64,000 bases of DNA. It comes from Mobula hypostoma. Taxonomy: Eukaryota. Below, piece after piece: positions 24,617 through 36,360 of this stretch (position 1 is the first letter of the stretch; each line of letters begins with the position of its first letter). Both the position numbers and the translations under genes were made by a program. The DNA lies in contig NC_086101.1 of the NCBI RefSeq assembly GCF_963921235.1, positions 4,776,001 through 4,840,000 on the forward strand, in the 5' to 3' direction. Under the pieces are notes generated by a model, which saw nothing but the letters and a program-made list of their open reading frames with translations, had not been told where the DNA came from and made no database searches.

Positions 24617-26604
24617 ATCTCACATCCATCTGTGTGTCCACGTGTCCCATCGGATATCATGGAGCTCTGTATAGATGTGAGTCAGGTGGCCAGTTGTCTG
24701 ATCCCATCCCAGACCTCCATTGGATGTCCTGTTGGATTTGGGTGTAGATATTTTTTTGTATTTTCATGTAGTTTAGGCTTACTTGAACAGAAAAGCCTGC
24801 AAGAGGTAGTAGATATGCCCCACTTCATCATAGTAAAGCCCTCCCCACCGTTGAAGACATCTACATCGACCTCTGTCGTAGGAAGGCAGCTTCCAGCATC
24901 AAGGACCTCCACCATCTGGGTCAGTTTCTCTTCTAGCTGCTGCCAACAGGAAGAAGGTGCAGGGGCCTCAGGAACCACAGCACCAGATTCAGGAACAGGA
25001 TTACTCTCAATTATCAGGTTCTTCGACTAGAGGGGATAACTTCACTCAGCTTCACCCACCCCATCACTGAACTGTTCCCACCTATGGACTCACTTTCAAG
25101 GACTCTTCATCTCATGCTGTCAATATTTATTTCTTCTTCTTTTCATGTTTGTGCAATTTGTTGTGGGTTTTTTTTTGCATATTTGTTACCAGTGTGCTTT
25201 CATTGACTCTATTGTGTTTCTTGCATTTATTGTGAATGTCCACAAGAAAATGAACCTCAGGGTTGTATATGGTGACATGTGTGTACATTGATAATAAATT
25301 TACTTTGAACTTTTATATAATTGCCTGTAATTATTCAGTAAATTTCAAAGTAATTCGAGTAGAGCAATTTGGTTATTTTATAGGTTAATTGTTATCTGTG
25401 ATCGAGTTAAAGTTTATTGTCAGCTGACTGTACATATGTGCAACTAAATGAAACAGCTTTCCTCCAGACCGCAGTGCACCCATACGACATAAAACACAAT
25501 ATTACCACAAATAAGTTAGTAAAATACATGTAGTGTGCAACACAGGTAAACGGCTCGCTGTGCCAGTGACGAGACCTCGGTGATGGCAGGGTATTGATTT
25601 GTCTCACAGGCCGAGGGAAGAAGCTGTGCCCAGTCTGATGGTCCTAATCCTGATGTGATTGTGCGATGGATGGTCGGGATCCTCAAGAATGCTTCGAACC
25701 CTTCGTCCACAACACTCCCGTTAAATGGGGGGACCAGGTGATCCTCTCTGAGGATCTTTACTATAATGGGGGGAGGGAGACCCAGGTGATCCTCTCTGAG
25801 GATCTTTACTATCCTGTGTCAGACCCTGCTGTCCACTGGAATGTTATCTGTAGTTTGAGTATAAGATAGCTACAGCTTCCTTTGCTTTGTGTTTTGTTAG
25901 TTCATTTATTTGTTCCTCTAACACTTATTAAAATGATCGCCACCAATTGGTGTTATGGCTCATTCTTAACTTCCAAGTTATCTCTCTCGCAAAGTCACCG
26001 GGATCCAATAGGCCTCTACCCGCATTTGTTGCTTTCTAGGTCATCCACACTTCAACAGCGAGCTGGGAATTTCACCAGTGAGGATGTAGTTGGGCTCACT
26101 GTTCACGAAGGGTCCTTAACCTTGTCAGGCACTACAGCATTGCGCATTGTTTGATCTGCTTACTGCCCATTACACCTGCTGCCGTTTTAGGGCAGCAATG
26201 AAGGTCCTTCATCTCAGTCTATCCTTGGCTACCCATATGTAGAAGGATTGCTCATTGCTGTTTCTGTAACAATTCCGTTTTACCAGGCAGGGTTGTTAGC
26301 CCAAATCAGTGGGCCACTCTAAGTCTGGCCTCTGCCCTTTGACCTGTCTGGCATGGGTGACTCTGCCAAGAGCCAAAGCCTAAAGCTCTGACTCCAGCCA
26401 ACATAGCTCTCTAGGGCATTGAGGTATGCAAGCCTCCAAACCCTACGGCAAGGTTTTGGTCCTCTTGAGGGCATTGCTAAAGGTCCCCTCATTTTGGGTG
26501 AACAAGGTGGATTTGCGGTGTCTATTGGGAATTACTGGTAGAGTGTATTGGGAAATTTCCCACCTCCTTGCCCGACTGTCAGTCAGTCAGCTGGAACCAG
26601 CAGA

Positions 26605-26925
26605 AGAGAGTGCAGATGCTGAAAATCCGGAGTAAAACACAGAAAATGCTGAAGAACTCAGAGGTCAGGCAGCATCTGTGGAAATGAATAGACGATGTGT
26701 CGGGCTGAGATCCTTCAGGGCTGGAAAGGAAGGGGGAAGATGCCAAAATGAGAGAGTGCAGGGGTGGGGGGTAGGAGCAGAGGCTAGAAAGTGAAGCCAG
26801 GTGGGTGGGGGAGGGAAGTACGAAGCTGGGAGAGGTGAATGGAGGACTGGAGAAGGAGGAATCTGATAGGAGAGGAGAGTGGACCATGGGAGAAAGGGAA
26901 GGAGGAGGGAATCCGGGGGCAGGTC
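26605..26925 (-). mobile_element. Penelope pLTR fragment
   Basis: Same pLTR family as 21243-21580. Confidence 0.7.
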
Positions 26926-27267
26926 GGTTAATGAACAGCTATGCCTCCATCACAAATACCACAGTTACCATTCATTGACTTCTATGGGGCTGCAAGATAT
27001 CAAGAATGGCAGTAAATGAACAATTTATTTTTATTTAGGGCTGCAGCTCAATAACGGGCTCCTCTGAGCCAACAAACCCGTGCTGCCCGATTGCACCCAC
27101 GTGACCAGCACATCTCTGGAATGTGAGGGGTCACGGGAGAATGAAGAAATGCCTTGCAGGCAGTGGGGGGAATTGAACCCACCGCTGTTCTATCACTCAA
27201 TTATTTCTGCAGTTATTTCCTGTCCTGAGATTGCAATGAAGTTGACTGCATTGTTTTAATGTTCCAG

Positions 27268-27343
27268 TTGGATCTGGATTTGAATATGGAAATCGGGATA
27301 CCATATTCCCCTCGGAACCCAATCCACGATGACAGCTGTACAG
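27268..27343 (+). CDS. ATF6B: ATF6-family coding exon 3: LDLDLNMEIGIPYSPRNPIHDDSCT
   Basis: ttccag| acceptor, CAG|gtgagg donor, 76 nt, phase 0->1. Resembles the recalled ATF6 segment LDFDLDLMP...NNQICT. Confidence 0.8.
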
Positions 27344-27391
27344 GTGAGGACTTCAGGGTGCGGCTTGTGGCTGAGGCCAGAACATTGTGCG

Positions 27392-27900
27392 TACAAGAGG
27401 TTCTGCAAATGCTGGCAGTCCAGAGCAACCCACACGAAATGCTGAAAAAAAACTCTCAACAGGTCAGGCAGCGTCTGTGGAGGGAAATAAACAGTTGATG
27501 TTTTGGGCTGAGACCCTACATCAGGACTGGAAAGGAAGGGGGGCAGAGCCAGAATAAGAAGGTGGGAAGAGGGGCAGGAGTACAACCGGTGGGTTTGATG
27601 ACGTAAGAAGCTGGAAGAGGTAAAGGGCTGAAGAGGAAGGAATCTGATCGGAGAGGAAAGTAGCCCATGGGAAAAAGGGAAGGAGGGGGTGAGAGGGGAA
27701 TGTGGGGAATGGAAAAACAGAAGGGGGAGGGGGCAGAAATTACGGGAAGTTAGAGAAATCGATGCTCGTGCTATCATGTTGGAGGTTACCTAGAGTGAGC
27801 ATGAGGTGTTGCTTCTCTAACCCGAGTTTGGCCTCATCCTGCAGCAGAGGAAGCTTGTCTCAGGGCAGACATGTTGGTATGAGAATGGGAAGTGGAATTA
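27392..27900 (-). mobile_element. Penelope 3' fragment
   Basis: pLTR plus the GIY-YIG C-terminal remnant; degenerate hammerhead at 27493-27528. Confidence 0.75.
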
Positions 27901-28131
27901 AGAGTAATGTGTGGCTGTACGTGTGGAGCCATGTTTCTATGGGAATGGTGTAGGCACTGTATTTCCATTTGCCTGCCCACACTTCCCATAGATTTCATTA
28001 TCCTATAATCGGTTGTCCGACCTGGAGTTGTCACCGTTCTCCAGTAAATTTGGCGGGTTCACCCCTCTCCACCCGCGATGGCTGTCTTGTTAATATTGCA
28101 AATTAAAGCTGAACTGTTCCTACCGCAACAG

Positions 28132-28226
28132 ATCTGCAAGTGAAATTGGAACCGCTGTCTCCCGCCTCTTCTCGCTGTTCAGATTCCTCACTCTCCTCCT
28201 CTTCTGACATTCCCCTAATACCACAG
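28132..28226 (+). CDS. ATF6B: ATF6-family coding exon 4: (D)LQVKLEPLSPASSRCSDSSLSSSSDIPLIPQ
   Basis: caacag| acceptor, CAG|gtaagc donor, 95 nt, phase 1->0. Matches the recalled ATF6B DLQVKSEPSSPCSS and ATF6 IKAEPQPLSPASS. Confidence 0.85.
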
Positions 28227-29207
28227 GTAAGCGGTTACTCACAGCTTATCATCTGCCTGATTCACCACTGACATCTCTCCTGATGTCTTGGTCCACAATG
28301 GTTTTAAGCCCAACTTCCCAGAGGTCTTTCTTTTGATTGATACATACGAAGGTCCTCAAGGATCAACTTTATTCACATGTAGACATACAGTATTTTTACA
28401 TGTAGATGTGGATCAAAGTGAAACATGCACAAAAAGCAACAACATTCAACAATTATGACGAATAAAGAATTATATATATGCCATGTAAATGGGGAAAATG
28501 TGATTTGCAAATGTATGAGGAGCATTTGTGCTGGTGTTTAGAAGAGTGAAGAGGTATTTCATTGAAACCTCTCAAACATTGAAAGGTCTAGATAGAGTGG
28601 ATGTGGGGAGGATGTTTCCTACAGTGGGGCAGTCTAGGACCAAAGGGCACAGATAGAGTGGATGTGGGGAGGATGTTTCCTACAGTGGGGGAGTCTAGGA
28701 CGAGAGGACACAGATAGAGTGGATGTAGAGAGAATGTTTCCTATAGTGGGGGAGTCTAGGACGAGAGGACACCGTCTCAGAATAGAGCGATATCCATTTA
28801 GAACAGAGATGATCTCTGCCAGAGGGTGGTGGATCTGTGGAATTCATTATTACAAATGGCTGTAGTTATTGGATGAATTTAAAGTGGAGGTTGATCGTTT
28901 CTTGATTAGTCAGGGCATCAAAGGTTACGGGGAGAAGGCAGGAGAATGGGGTTGAGAAGGTAAATAAATCAGCCATGATGGACTGGAAGAGCAGACTCAA
29001 TGGGCCGAATGGCCTAATTCTGCTCCTATGTCTTGTGGAATTCAAATCTCACCATGCTGGGGAATTCAAATAAATCTGGACTAAAGATCTAAAAATGGGA
29101 ACTTTGGAAGTGCAGACTTTCTGCTTAAAATTAAATCTCCCATTGCATCTATGTTATACATTTAATTGTGTATATTAAAATAAACTCATTGTGCCTTTTC
29201 CTGAAAG

Positions 29208-29376
29208 GTTCATCAGAGCCTAAACACAGAGACCACGCTGCCGGTGGTGAAAACCGAGGACCCTCCTACGCCACCATGTACCTTCGGGGATGTCCTCAAC
29301 CCACCTCTGAACGGCATCGAGTTCAATGTGGTGAAGATTGAGAATGGGACGTCGCCAGTGAAGCAAGGGACAGAAA
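29208..29376 (+). CDS. ATF6B: ATF6-family coding exon 5: VHQSLNTETTLPVVKTEDPPTPPCTFGDVLNPPLNGIEFNVVKIENGTSPVKQGTE
   Basis: ccttttcctgaaag| acceptor, A|gtaaat donor, 169 nt, phase 0->1. VKTE..PP.C..GD resembles the recalled ATF6B VKTESLAPPLCLLGD. Confidence 0.8.
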
Positions 29377-29469
29377 GTAAATTATATTCTCTTACAGTGC
29401 AAATTAATCCTTAAAAGAAGCCCAAATAATTAATAACACAAGAGATTCTGCAGATGCTGGAAATTCGAA

Positions 29470-30600
29470 AGCAATTGGTGGAGGGGTAGGTAGTGTTGAG
29501 GAAACAGGTAGGATGCAGAAGGACATAGACATTAGGAGAATGGGCAAGGAAGTGGAAAATGAGATACAATGTTGGTATTTCATGTTGAAATACATGGTCA
29601 TGAACTTTGGTAGTAGAAATAAATGTGCGGACTATTTTCTAAACGGGGAGAAAATCCAAGAATCTGAGAAGCAAAGGGACTTGGGAGCCCTTGTGCAGAA
29701 CACCCTGAAGGTTAACTTGCAGGTCAAGTCAGTGGTGAGGAAGGCAAATGCAATGTTAGCGTTCATTTCAAGAGGTCTGAGAGGTCTCACCTTGAATATT
29801 GTGAACAATTTTGGGCTCCTCATCTTAGAAAAGATGTGCTGGCATTGGAGAGGGTCCAGAGGAGGTTCACAAGGATGATTCGAGGAATGAAAGGCTTATC
29901 ATACGAGGAACATACATCAAAGTTGCTGGTGAACGCAGCAGGCCAAGCAGCATCTATAGGAAGAGGTGCAGTCGACGTCGACTGCACCTCTTCCTATAGA
30001 TGCTGCTTGGCCTGCTGCGTTCACCAGCAACTTTGATGTATGTTGCTTGAATTTCCAGCATCTGCAGAATTCCTGTTGTTTTCATACGAGGAACGTTTGA
30101 TGGCTCTGGGGCTGTGCTCGCTGGAATTCCGAAGGATTGGGGGGGGGGGGAGGGGAGGAATCATTGAAACCTTTTGAATGTTGAAAGGCCTAGATAGAGT
30201 AGATGTGAAAGGATGTTTCCCATGGTGGGAGAGTCCATGACAAGAGGGCACAGACTCAGGATGAAAGGGGAGCCCTTTCGAAACAGAGATGCGAAGAAAT
30301 TTGTTTAGCCAAAAGGTGGTGAATTTGTGGAATTTGTTGCCACATGCAGCTGTGGAGACCAGGTCGCTGGGTGTATTTAAGGCAGAGATTGACAGATTCT
30401 TGATTGGACATGGCATCAAAGGTTACGGGGAGAAGGCAGGGAACTGGGGTTTCAAAGGTACATTTAATGTCAGAGAAATGTATATAATATATGTTCTGAA
30501 ATTCTTTGAGGAGGAGAAAGAAAAAGGATCAGCCATGATAGAATGGTAGAGCAGACTCAATGGGCCAGCTGGCCTAATTCTGCTCCGATCTCTTATGGTC
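29470..30600 (+). mobile_element. Decayed CR1 3' portion containing a palindromic Penelope insert
   Basis: QRDLGALV, KANAMLAFISRG, RRNLFSQKVVNLWN. Confidence 0.85.
29912..30081 (+). mobile_element. Short Penelope pLTR insertion forming a perfect palindrome
   Basis: 13-bp TSD tcatacgaggaac (29899-29911, 30082-30094). Arms 29909-29976 and 29977-30044 are exact reverse complements. Confidence 0.9.
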
Positions 30601-30602
30601 TG

Positions 30603-32240
30603 ACACGCACAAAGTGCTGGAGGAACTGAGCAGGTCAGGCAGCGTCCATGGACACGAATAAACAGTCAACATTTTGGGCCAAGACCCTTCATCAGGATCG
30701 GAAAGGAAGGGGGAAGAAGCCAGAATAAGAAGGTGGGGGGGGGGGAACAAGTGAGGTGATCGGTGAGACCAGGTGAGGGGGAAGGTGGGTGTTTCGGGGA
30801 GGGGAACAAGTGAGGTGATCGGTGAGACCAGCTGAGGGGGAAGGTGGGTGAGGGAGAGGAGTACAGGTGAGGTGATCGGAGAGACCAGGTGAGGGGGAAG
30901 GTGGGTGAGGGAGAGGGGAACAAGTGAGGTGATCGGTGAGACCAGGTGAGGGGGAAGGTGGGTGAGGGAGAGGGGAACTGTTGAGGTGATCAGAGAGACC
31001 AGGTGAGGGGGAAGGTGAGTGAGGGAGAGGAGTACAAGTGAGGTGATCGGTGAGACCAGGTGAGGGGGAAGGTGGGTGAGGGAGAGGGGAACAAGTGAGG
31101 TGATTGGTGAGACCAGGTGAGGGGGAAGGTGGGTGAGGGAGAGGGGAACTGTGAGGTGATCAGAGAGACCAGGTGAGGGGGAAGGTGAGTGAGGGAGAGG
31201 AGTACAAGTGAGGTGATCGGTGAGACCAGGTGAGGGGGAAGGTGGGTGGGGGGGAAACAGGTGAGGTGATCGGTGAGACCAGGTGAGAGGGAAGGTGAGT
31301 GAGGGAGAGGGGAACAAGTGAGGTGATCGGTGAGACCAGGTGAGGGGGAAGGTGAGTGAGGGAGAGGAGTACAAGTGAGGTGATCGGTGAGACCAGGTGA
31401 GGGGGAAGGTGAGTGGGGGGGGAACAAGTGAGGTGATCGGTGAGACCAGGTGAGGGGGAAGGTGGGTGAGGGAGAGGGGAACAAGTGAGGTGATCGGTGA
31501 GACCAGGTGAGGGGGAAGGTGGGTGAGGGAGAGGAGTACAGGTGAGGTGATCGGTGAGACCAGGTGAGGGGGAAGGTGGGTGAGGGAGAGGGGAACAAGT
31601 GAGGTGATTGGTGAGACCAGGTGAGGGGGAAGATGGGTGAGGGAGAGGGGAACAAGTGAGGTGATCGGTGAGACCAGGTGAGGGGGAAGGTGGGTGAGGG
31701 AGAGGAGTACAGGTGAGGGGGAAGGTGGGTGTTTCGGGGAGCGGGTGGATGAAGTAAGAAGCTGGGAGATGATAGGTGGAAGACAAGGGGCTGAAGAAGG
31801 AATCTCTTAGGAGAGGACAGTGGACCATGGGAGGAAGGAAGGAGGAAGGGAAACCAGGGGGAGGTGATGGGCAAGGAAGGAGAAGAGAATGGTGAGAGGG
31901 AATCCATAGTGGGGAATGGAAAAAGAAAAAAGGGGGAAGGGGAGAAATTTCTGGAAATGAGAAAAATTGGCATTCATGTCATCAGGTTGGAGGGTACCCA
32001 GATGGCATATGAGGTGTTGCTCCCCAAAAATGAGTGTGGCTTCTTTGTGGCAGTAGGGGAGGCCATGTTGTGAGATTAGGATGTTGAATTGAAATGGGTA
32101 GCCACCAGGAAGTCCAACCTCTTTGCGGCAGACAAAATGAAAGTGCTGAATAAAGCAGGTCCCCCAGTCTACGTCGAGTCTCACCAGTGTAGAGGAGGCC
32201 ACACCAGAAGCACCGGATACAGTAGATGTACCCAACCAAC
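30603..32240 (-). mobile_element. Penelope-like element 3' part with internal minisatellite expansion
   Basis: GYIYCIRCFWCGLLYTGETRRRLGD, EQHLICHLGTLQPDDMN; pLTR with a hammerhead-like motif at 30664-30699. Confidence 0.85.
30727..31740 (+). repeat. G-rich ~57-bp minisatellite, ~17 copies
   Basis: Unit ggaacaagtgaggtgatcggtgagaccaggtgagggggaaggtgggtgagggagagg. Confidence 0.95.
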
Positions 32241-32719
32241 TTGCAGCTCACTTAGAAGGGCTGCTCTCCTGTTGGTGGGAAGAAGCTGTTCCTGAAACAT
32301 TGAGTGTGTGTCTTCAGGCACCTGTACTACCACCTCGATAGTAGCAATGAGGAGAGGGCCTGTCCTGGGAGATGGGGGGTCCTTACTGATGGATGCTACC
32401 TTTTGGATGCGTTGCCTTTTGAAGGTGTCGCAGATGCTGGAGAGGCTAGTGCCCATGAATGGAGCCGGCTGACCTTGCAACTTTCTGCAGCTTTTCCCCG
32501 TCCTGTTCAGTGGTCCCTCCGTACCAGGCGCTGATGAATCAGTTAGAAAGACTTATCGGTTTGTTTTAATCGAATGTTTGTGTGGAGAATGAAACTTCCT
32601 ATCCACACATTTATCCTTTGTCATGTTCAGAGAGCTGTTAGGGTCTGATCTCTCTAGCTACGAGATAGAGAATGAGATGAAGTAACAATCCTTTCCTGTG
32701 GTTACACACATTGAAATAC

Positions 32720-33150
32720 TGCACAGAAAATTTCACAACAATGTTGCCAGGAATTGAGTACCTGAGTTACAGGGAAAGATTGAACAGGTTCGGACTTTAT
32801 TCCCTGGAGCTTAGGAGAATGAGGGGAGATTTGATAGCAATATACAAAATTATGAGGAGTATAGATAGGGTAAATGCAAGCAGACTTCTTCCACTGAGCT
32901 TAGATGAGACTAGAACTGGAGGTCATGGATTAAGCGTGAAAGGTGAAATATTTAAAGGGAACCTGAGGGGAATCTTCTTCACTCAGTGGGTGGTGAGAGT
33001 GTGGATTGAGCTGCCAAGGCAAGTGATGGATGTGAGTTTAATTTCAACATTTAAGAGGAATTGGGATGTGTACATGGATGGGAGGGGTATGGACCGGGTG
33101 CAGGTCAATGAGACTGGACGGATTAATCGTTCAGCATGGTCTTGAGGGGC
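32720..33150 (+). mobile_element. CR1 3' fragment
   Basis: LSYRERLNRFGLYSLELRRMRGDLI...FFTQWVVRVW. Confidence 0.85.
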
Positions 33151-34461
33151 CAAAGGATAGGAAAGATACGACAAGAAAAGGAGGAGATTTTTTTTAAAAA
33201 AGAAGGAAAAGTGCTAGATTTGCTCAACACATCAGGCTGCATCTGTGGAGACTCATTTCAAGTCAAATCAAGTCAAGTTTATTGTCATTTCGACCATAAG
33301 CTGCTGGTACAGTGCACAGTAAAAACGAAACAATGTTCCTCCAGGACCATGGTGCTACATGAAACAACACAAAACTACACTAGACTAAGTGAGACAACAC
33401 AAGACTACACTAGACTACGTAAAACAACACAAAAACTCCAGACCTACACAGGACTACATAGAGTGCACAAAACAGTGCAGGACAATACAATAAATAATAA
33501 ACAAGACAATAGGCACAGTAGAGGACAAATTACAATATAATAATAAATGATGTAGATGTCAGCCTAGACTCTGCGTATTAAGGAGTCTGATGGCTTGGGG
33601 GAAGAAACTGTTGCACAGCCTGGTCGTGAGAGCCCGGATGCTTCGGTACCTTTTGCCAGATGGCAGGAGGGAGAAGTGTTTTGTATGAGGGGTCCTTCAC
33701 AATGCTGTTGGCTTTATGAATGCAGCGTGTGGTGTAAATGTCTTACGCCTGCTGGCGTGTAGGACAGCAATGGAGGTCGTCCATCTCTGTGTCACGGTGT
33801 TTAGGGATTCCTTCGTAGTGTCAGTAGCTTCCCTTCAGTTTTCACTACTGTCTGTCATGCAAGTCCTGTGTGGAAACTCTGGAGTACCATCACAGACAGC
33901 TGTTTCCATAACGGTTTTGTATGATCAGTCAGGGTTGTTAGCCATGAATTGACTCTCCGAACCTGGAGGACCAGTGGACCACTCTTAGTCTTTGTCCTGT
34001 TTGGCATGGGTGACCCTACCAAGAGCCAAGGCATAAAGCCCCGATTCCAGACAACGTAGCTCTCTGAGTCATTGAGACACGCAAGCCTCCAAACTACGAC
34101 AAGGTTGTGGTTAGAACATAGAAATCTGCAGCACATTACAGGTCCTTCGGCCCACAATGTTGTGCTGACCATGTAACCTACTGTAGAAATTCCCTAGCGC
34201 ATAGCCCTCCTGGAGGATCTGGAGAGAGAACAGAATTAATGTTTCAGGTTGAGGATTGTTCAACAGCCTGTTCTTTTTGTAATGAAATAGCTTTTGAACT
34301 GGAAGTGACACTAAGAAATCCCAATCTTGATGAGATGTAACATGTGAAGATGGATTTCTGGCCCCGAGATTCGGCTCCTTTGACCAGGAACTTGGATTGT
34401 GTCTAACATGATGCCAAGCTGTGAATGCTGCTCTAATTTCACTCTTTCTTCCCCACTCCAG

Positions 34462-34656
34462 AACAAACCACTGCAAGTATCAAGGCCAACAACATCCTGT
34501 GCAGCAAGCCCACCATCCAGCCCAAACCAGTTGTCGTGACAACACTGCCCGGCGCACCAAGCACCAGCCCGGCGAAGACGATCATTCTGCAGTCGGTGCA
34601 GACCAGTCTCCCTGTGTCTCAGCCTCAGAGCGTGCCCATAAAGCCACCCATTCCAG
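34462..34656 (+). CDS. ATF6B: ATF6-family coding exon 6: (K)QTTASIKANNILCSKPTIQPKPVVVTTLPGAPSTSPAKTIILQSVQTSLPVSQPQSVPIKPPIP
   Basis: Long pyrimidine tract + cag| acceptor, CAG|gtatga donor, 195 nt, phase 1->1. Contains the KP.IQPKP and PAKTIILQ motifs of the ATF6 family. Confidence 0.85.
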
Positions 34657-36221
34657 GTATGATCAGAGCACTCTCTCGCTGTCCCACCACTCTCACTGCC
34701 AGACTCTCCTCCGCAGGTCTCATTTGTTCCAGAAATTTTTCTGAATTGCCCAGTTCATATGTTTGTGTCTACGTCAGTCTTAGTGATCATAAGATATTAG
34801 CTTAGATTATGAGGACACTCAGTCCTCGTTTATTGTCATTTAGAAATGCATGCATTAAAAAATGATACAATGTTCCTCCCGTATGATATCACAAGAGACA
34901 CAAGACAAACCAAGACTAAAAATGACAAAAAACCATAATTATAACATATAGTTACAACCGTGCAAAGCAATACCATAATTTGATAAAGAACAGACCATGG
35001 GCACGGTAAAAAAAAAAGTCTCAAAGTTCTGATAGCCCCATCATCTCATGCAGACGGTAGAAGGGAGAAACTCTCCCTGCCATGAACCTCCAAACACCGC
35101 AAGCTTGCCGATGCTGCACCATTGGAAGCACCCGACCGCAGCGGACTCTGGGTCCGTCTGAAAACTTCGAGCTTACAACCAGCCCTCCGACTCTAAGCGC
35201 CATCCTCTGCCGAGCGCTTCAACCCCGCCCCAACCACTGAGCAACAAGCAAAGCCGAGGACTCGGGGCCTTCCCCTCCGGAGATTCTGGATCGCACAGTA
35301 GCAGCAGCAGCGAAGCAGGCATTTCAGAAGTTTCACCAGATGTTCCTCCATGCTCTCATGTCTGTCTCTATCAAATCAGGATTGTGCACGGCACCCTGCT
35401 TGCTAGATGACAGACATCACCACTGGAGTGGCTGCTGCGAGCTGTGTCGCGTCGCCATCTTCTCCGGATGATATAGGAGTAGAATTAGGCCATTTGTCCC
35501 ACTGGTTCTGCTTTGCTATTCCATCATGGCTGATCCATTTCCCTCTCAGCCCTTCTGCCCATAACCTTTAATGCCCTGACTAATCAAGAATCTATATCAC
35601 AGATTCACCTCCCTCTGGCTAAAGAAATTCCTCCTCATCTCTGTTCGAAATGGGCGACCCCCCATTCTGAGGCTGTACCGCTGTACCTTCTGGTCCTAGA
35701 CTCCCCAACAATAGGAAACATCATCTTCATGTCCATTCTATACAGAAACTCGATAGGTTTCAATGAGATTCCCCTCATCCTTCTAAACTCCAGCGAGTAC
35801 AGAACTCCAACGAGTGCCCCAGTTCCACTCTCCCCGTCAGTCTGCTATTCATTGTCTTAAAGATGCTTCTCCTTTCTTGGAGAAAAGAACCCCATCATTG
35901 AGGAATCCAAGAACAAGAGGACACCATGTCACTAGAGTGATAGAACACTACAACACAGTTCGAGGCCCTTCGGCCCATCTAGTTCACGCTGAGCTCTTAT
36001 TCTGCCTACTCCCCTCAACCTACACCTGTACTTATCCAAACTTCCCTTAAATATTGTAGTTGAGCCCTCATCCTCCATTCCTGCAGCAGCTCATTCCACA
36101 CTCACACCACCCTCTGAGTGAAGCCATCCCTCAGGTTTCCCTCAGATATTTTATCTTTCACGCTTAACCTACGACCTCAACTCCTAGTCTCATCCAACAT
36201 CATTGGAAAACTTTGAACCAG

Positions 36222-36360
36222 TAGAAGCCCTGATGAAGGGTCTCGGCCTAAGACGTCAACTGTTTATTCATTTCCATGGGTGCTGCTTGACCTGCTGAGT
36301 TCCTCCAGAACTTTGTGTGTGTGTTACTCTGGCTTCTGGCATCTGCAGAATCTCGTGTTT
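36222..36360 (+). mobile_element. Penelope pLTR 3' fragment inside a CR1 remnant
   Basis: ccctgatgaagggtctcggcctaagacgtcaact (hammerhead with mutated GAAA) ... ggcatctgcagaatctcgtgttt. Confidence 0.7.

Noticed and set aside
25730..25812. Short direct repeat ccaggtgatcctctctgaggatctttacta
   Set aside because: Only two copies with no further structure; looks like an ordinary local duplication.
30574..31973. Long Pro/Ser/His-rich ORFs (266, 327, 222 aa)
   Set aside because: By-product of the 57-bp minisatellite lacking stops on the minus strand.
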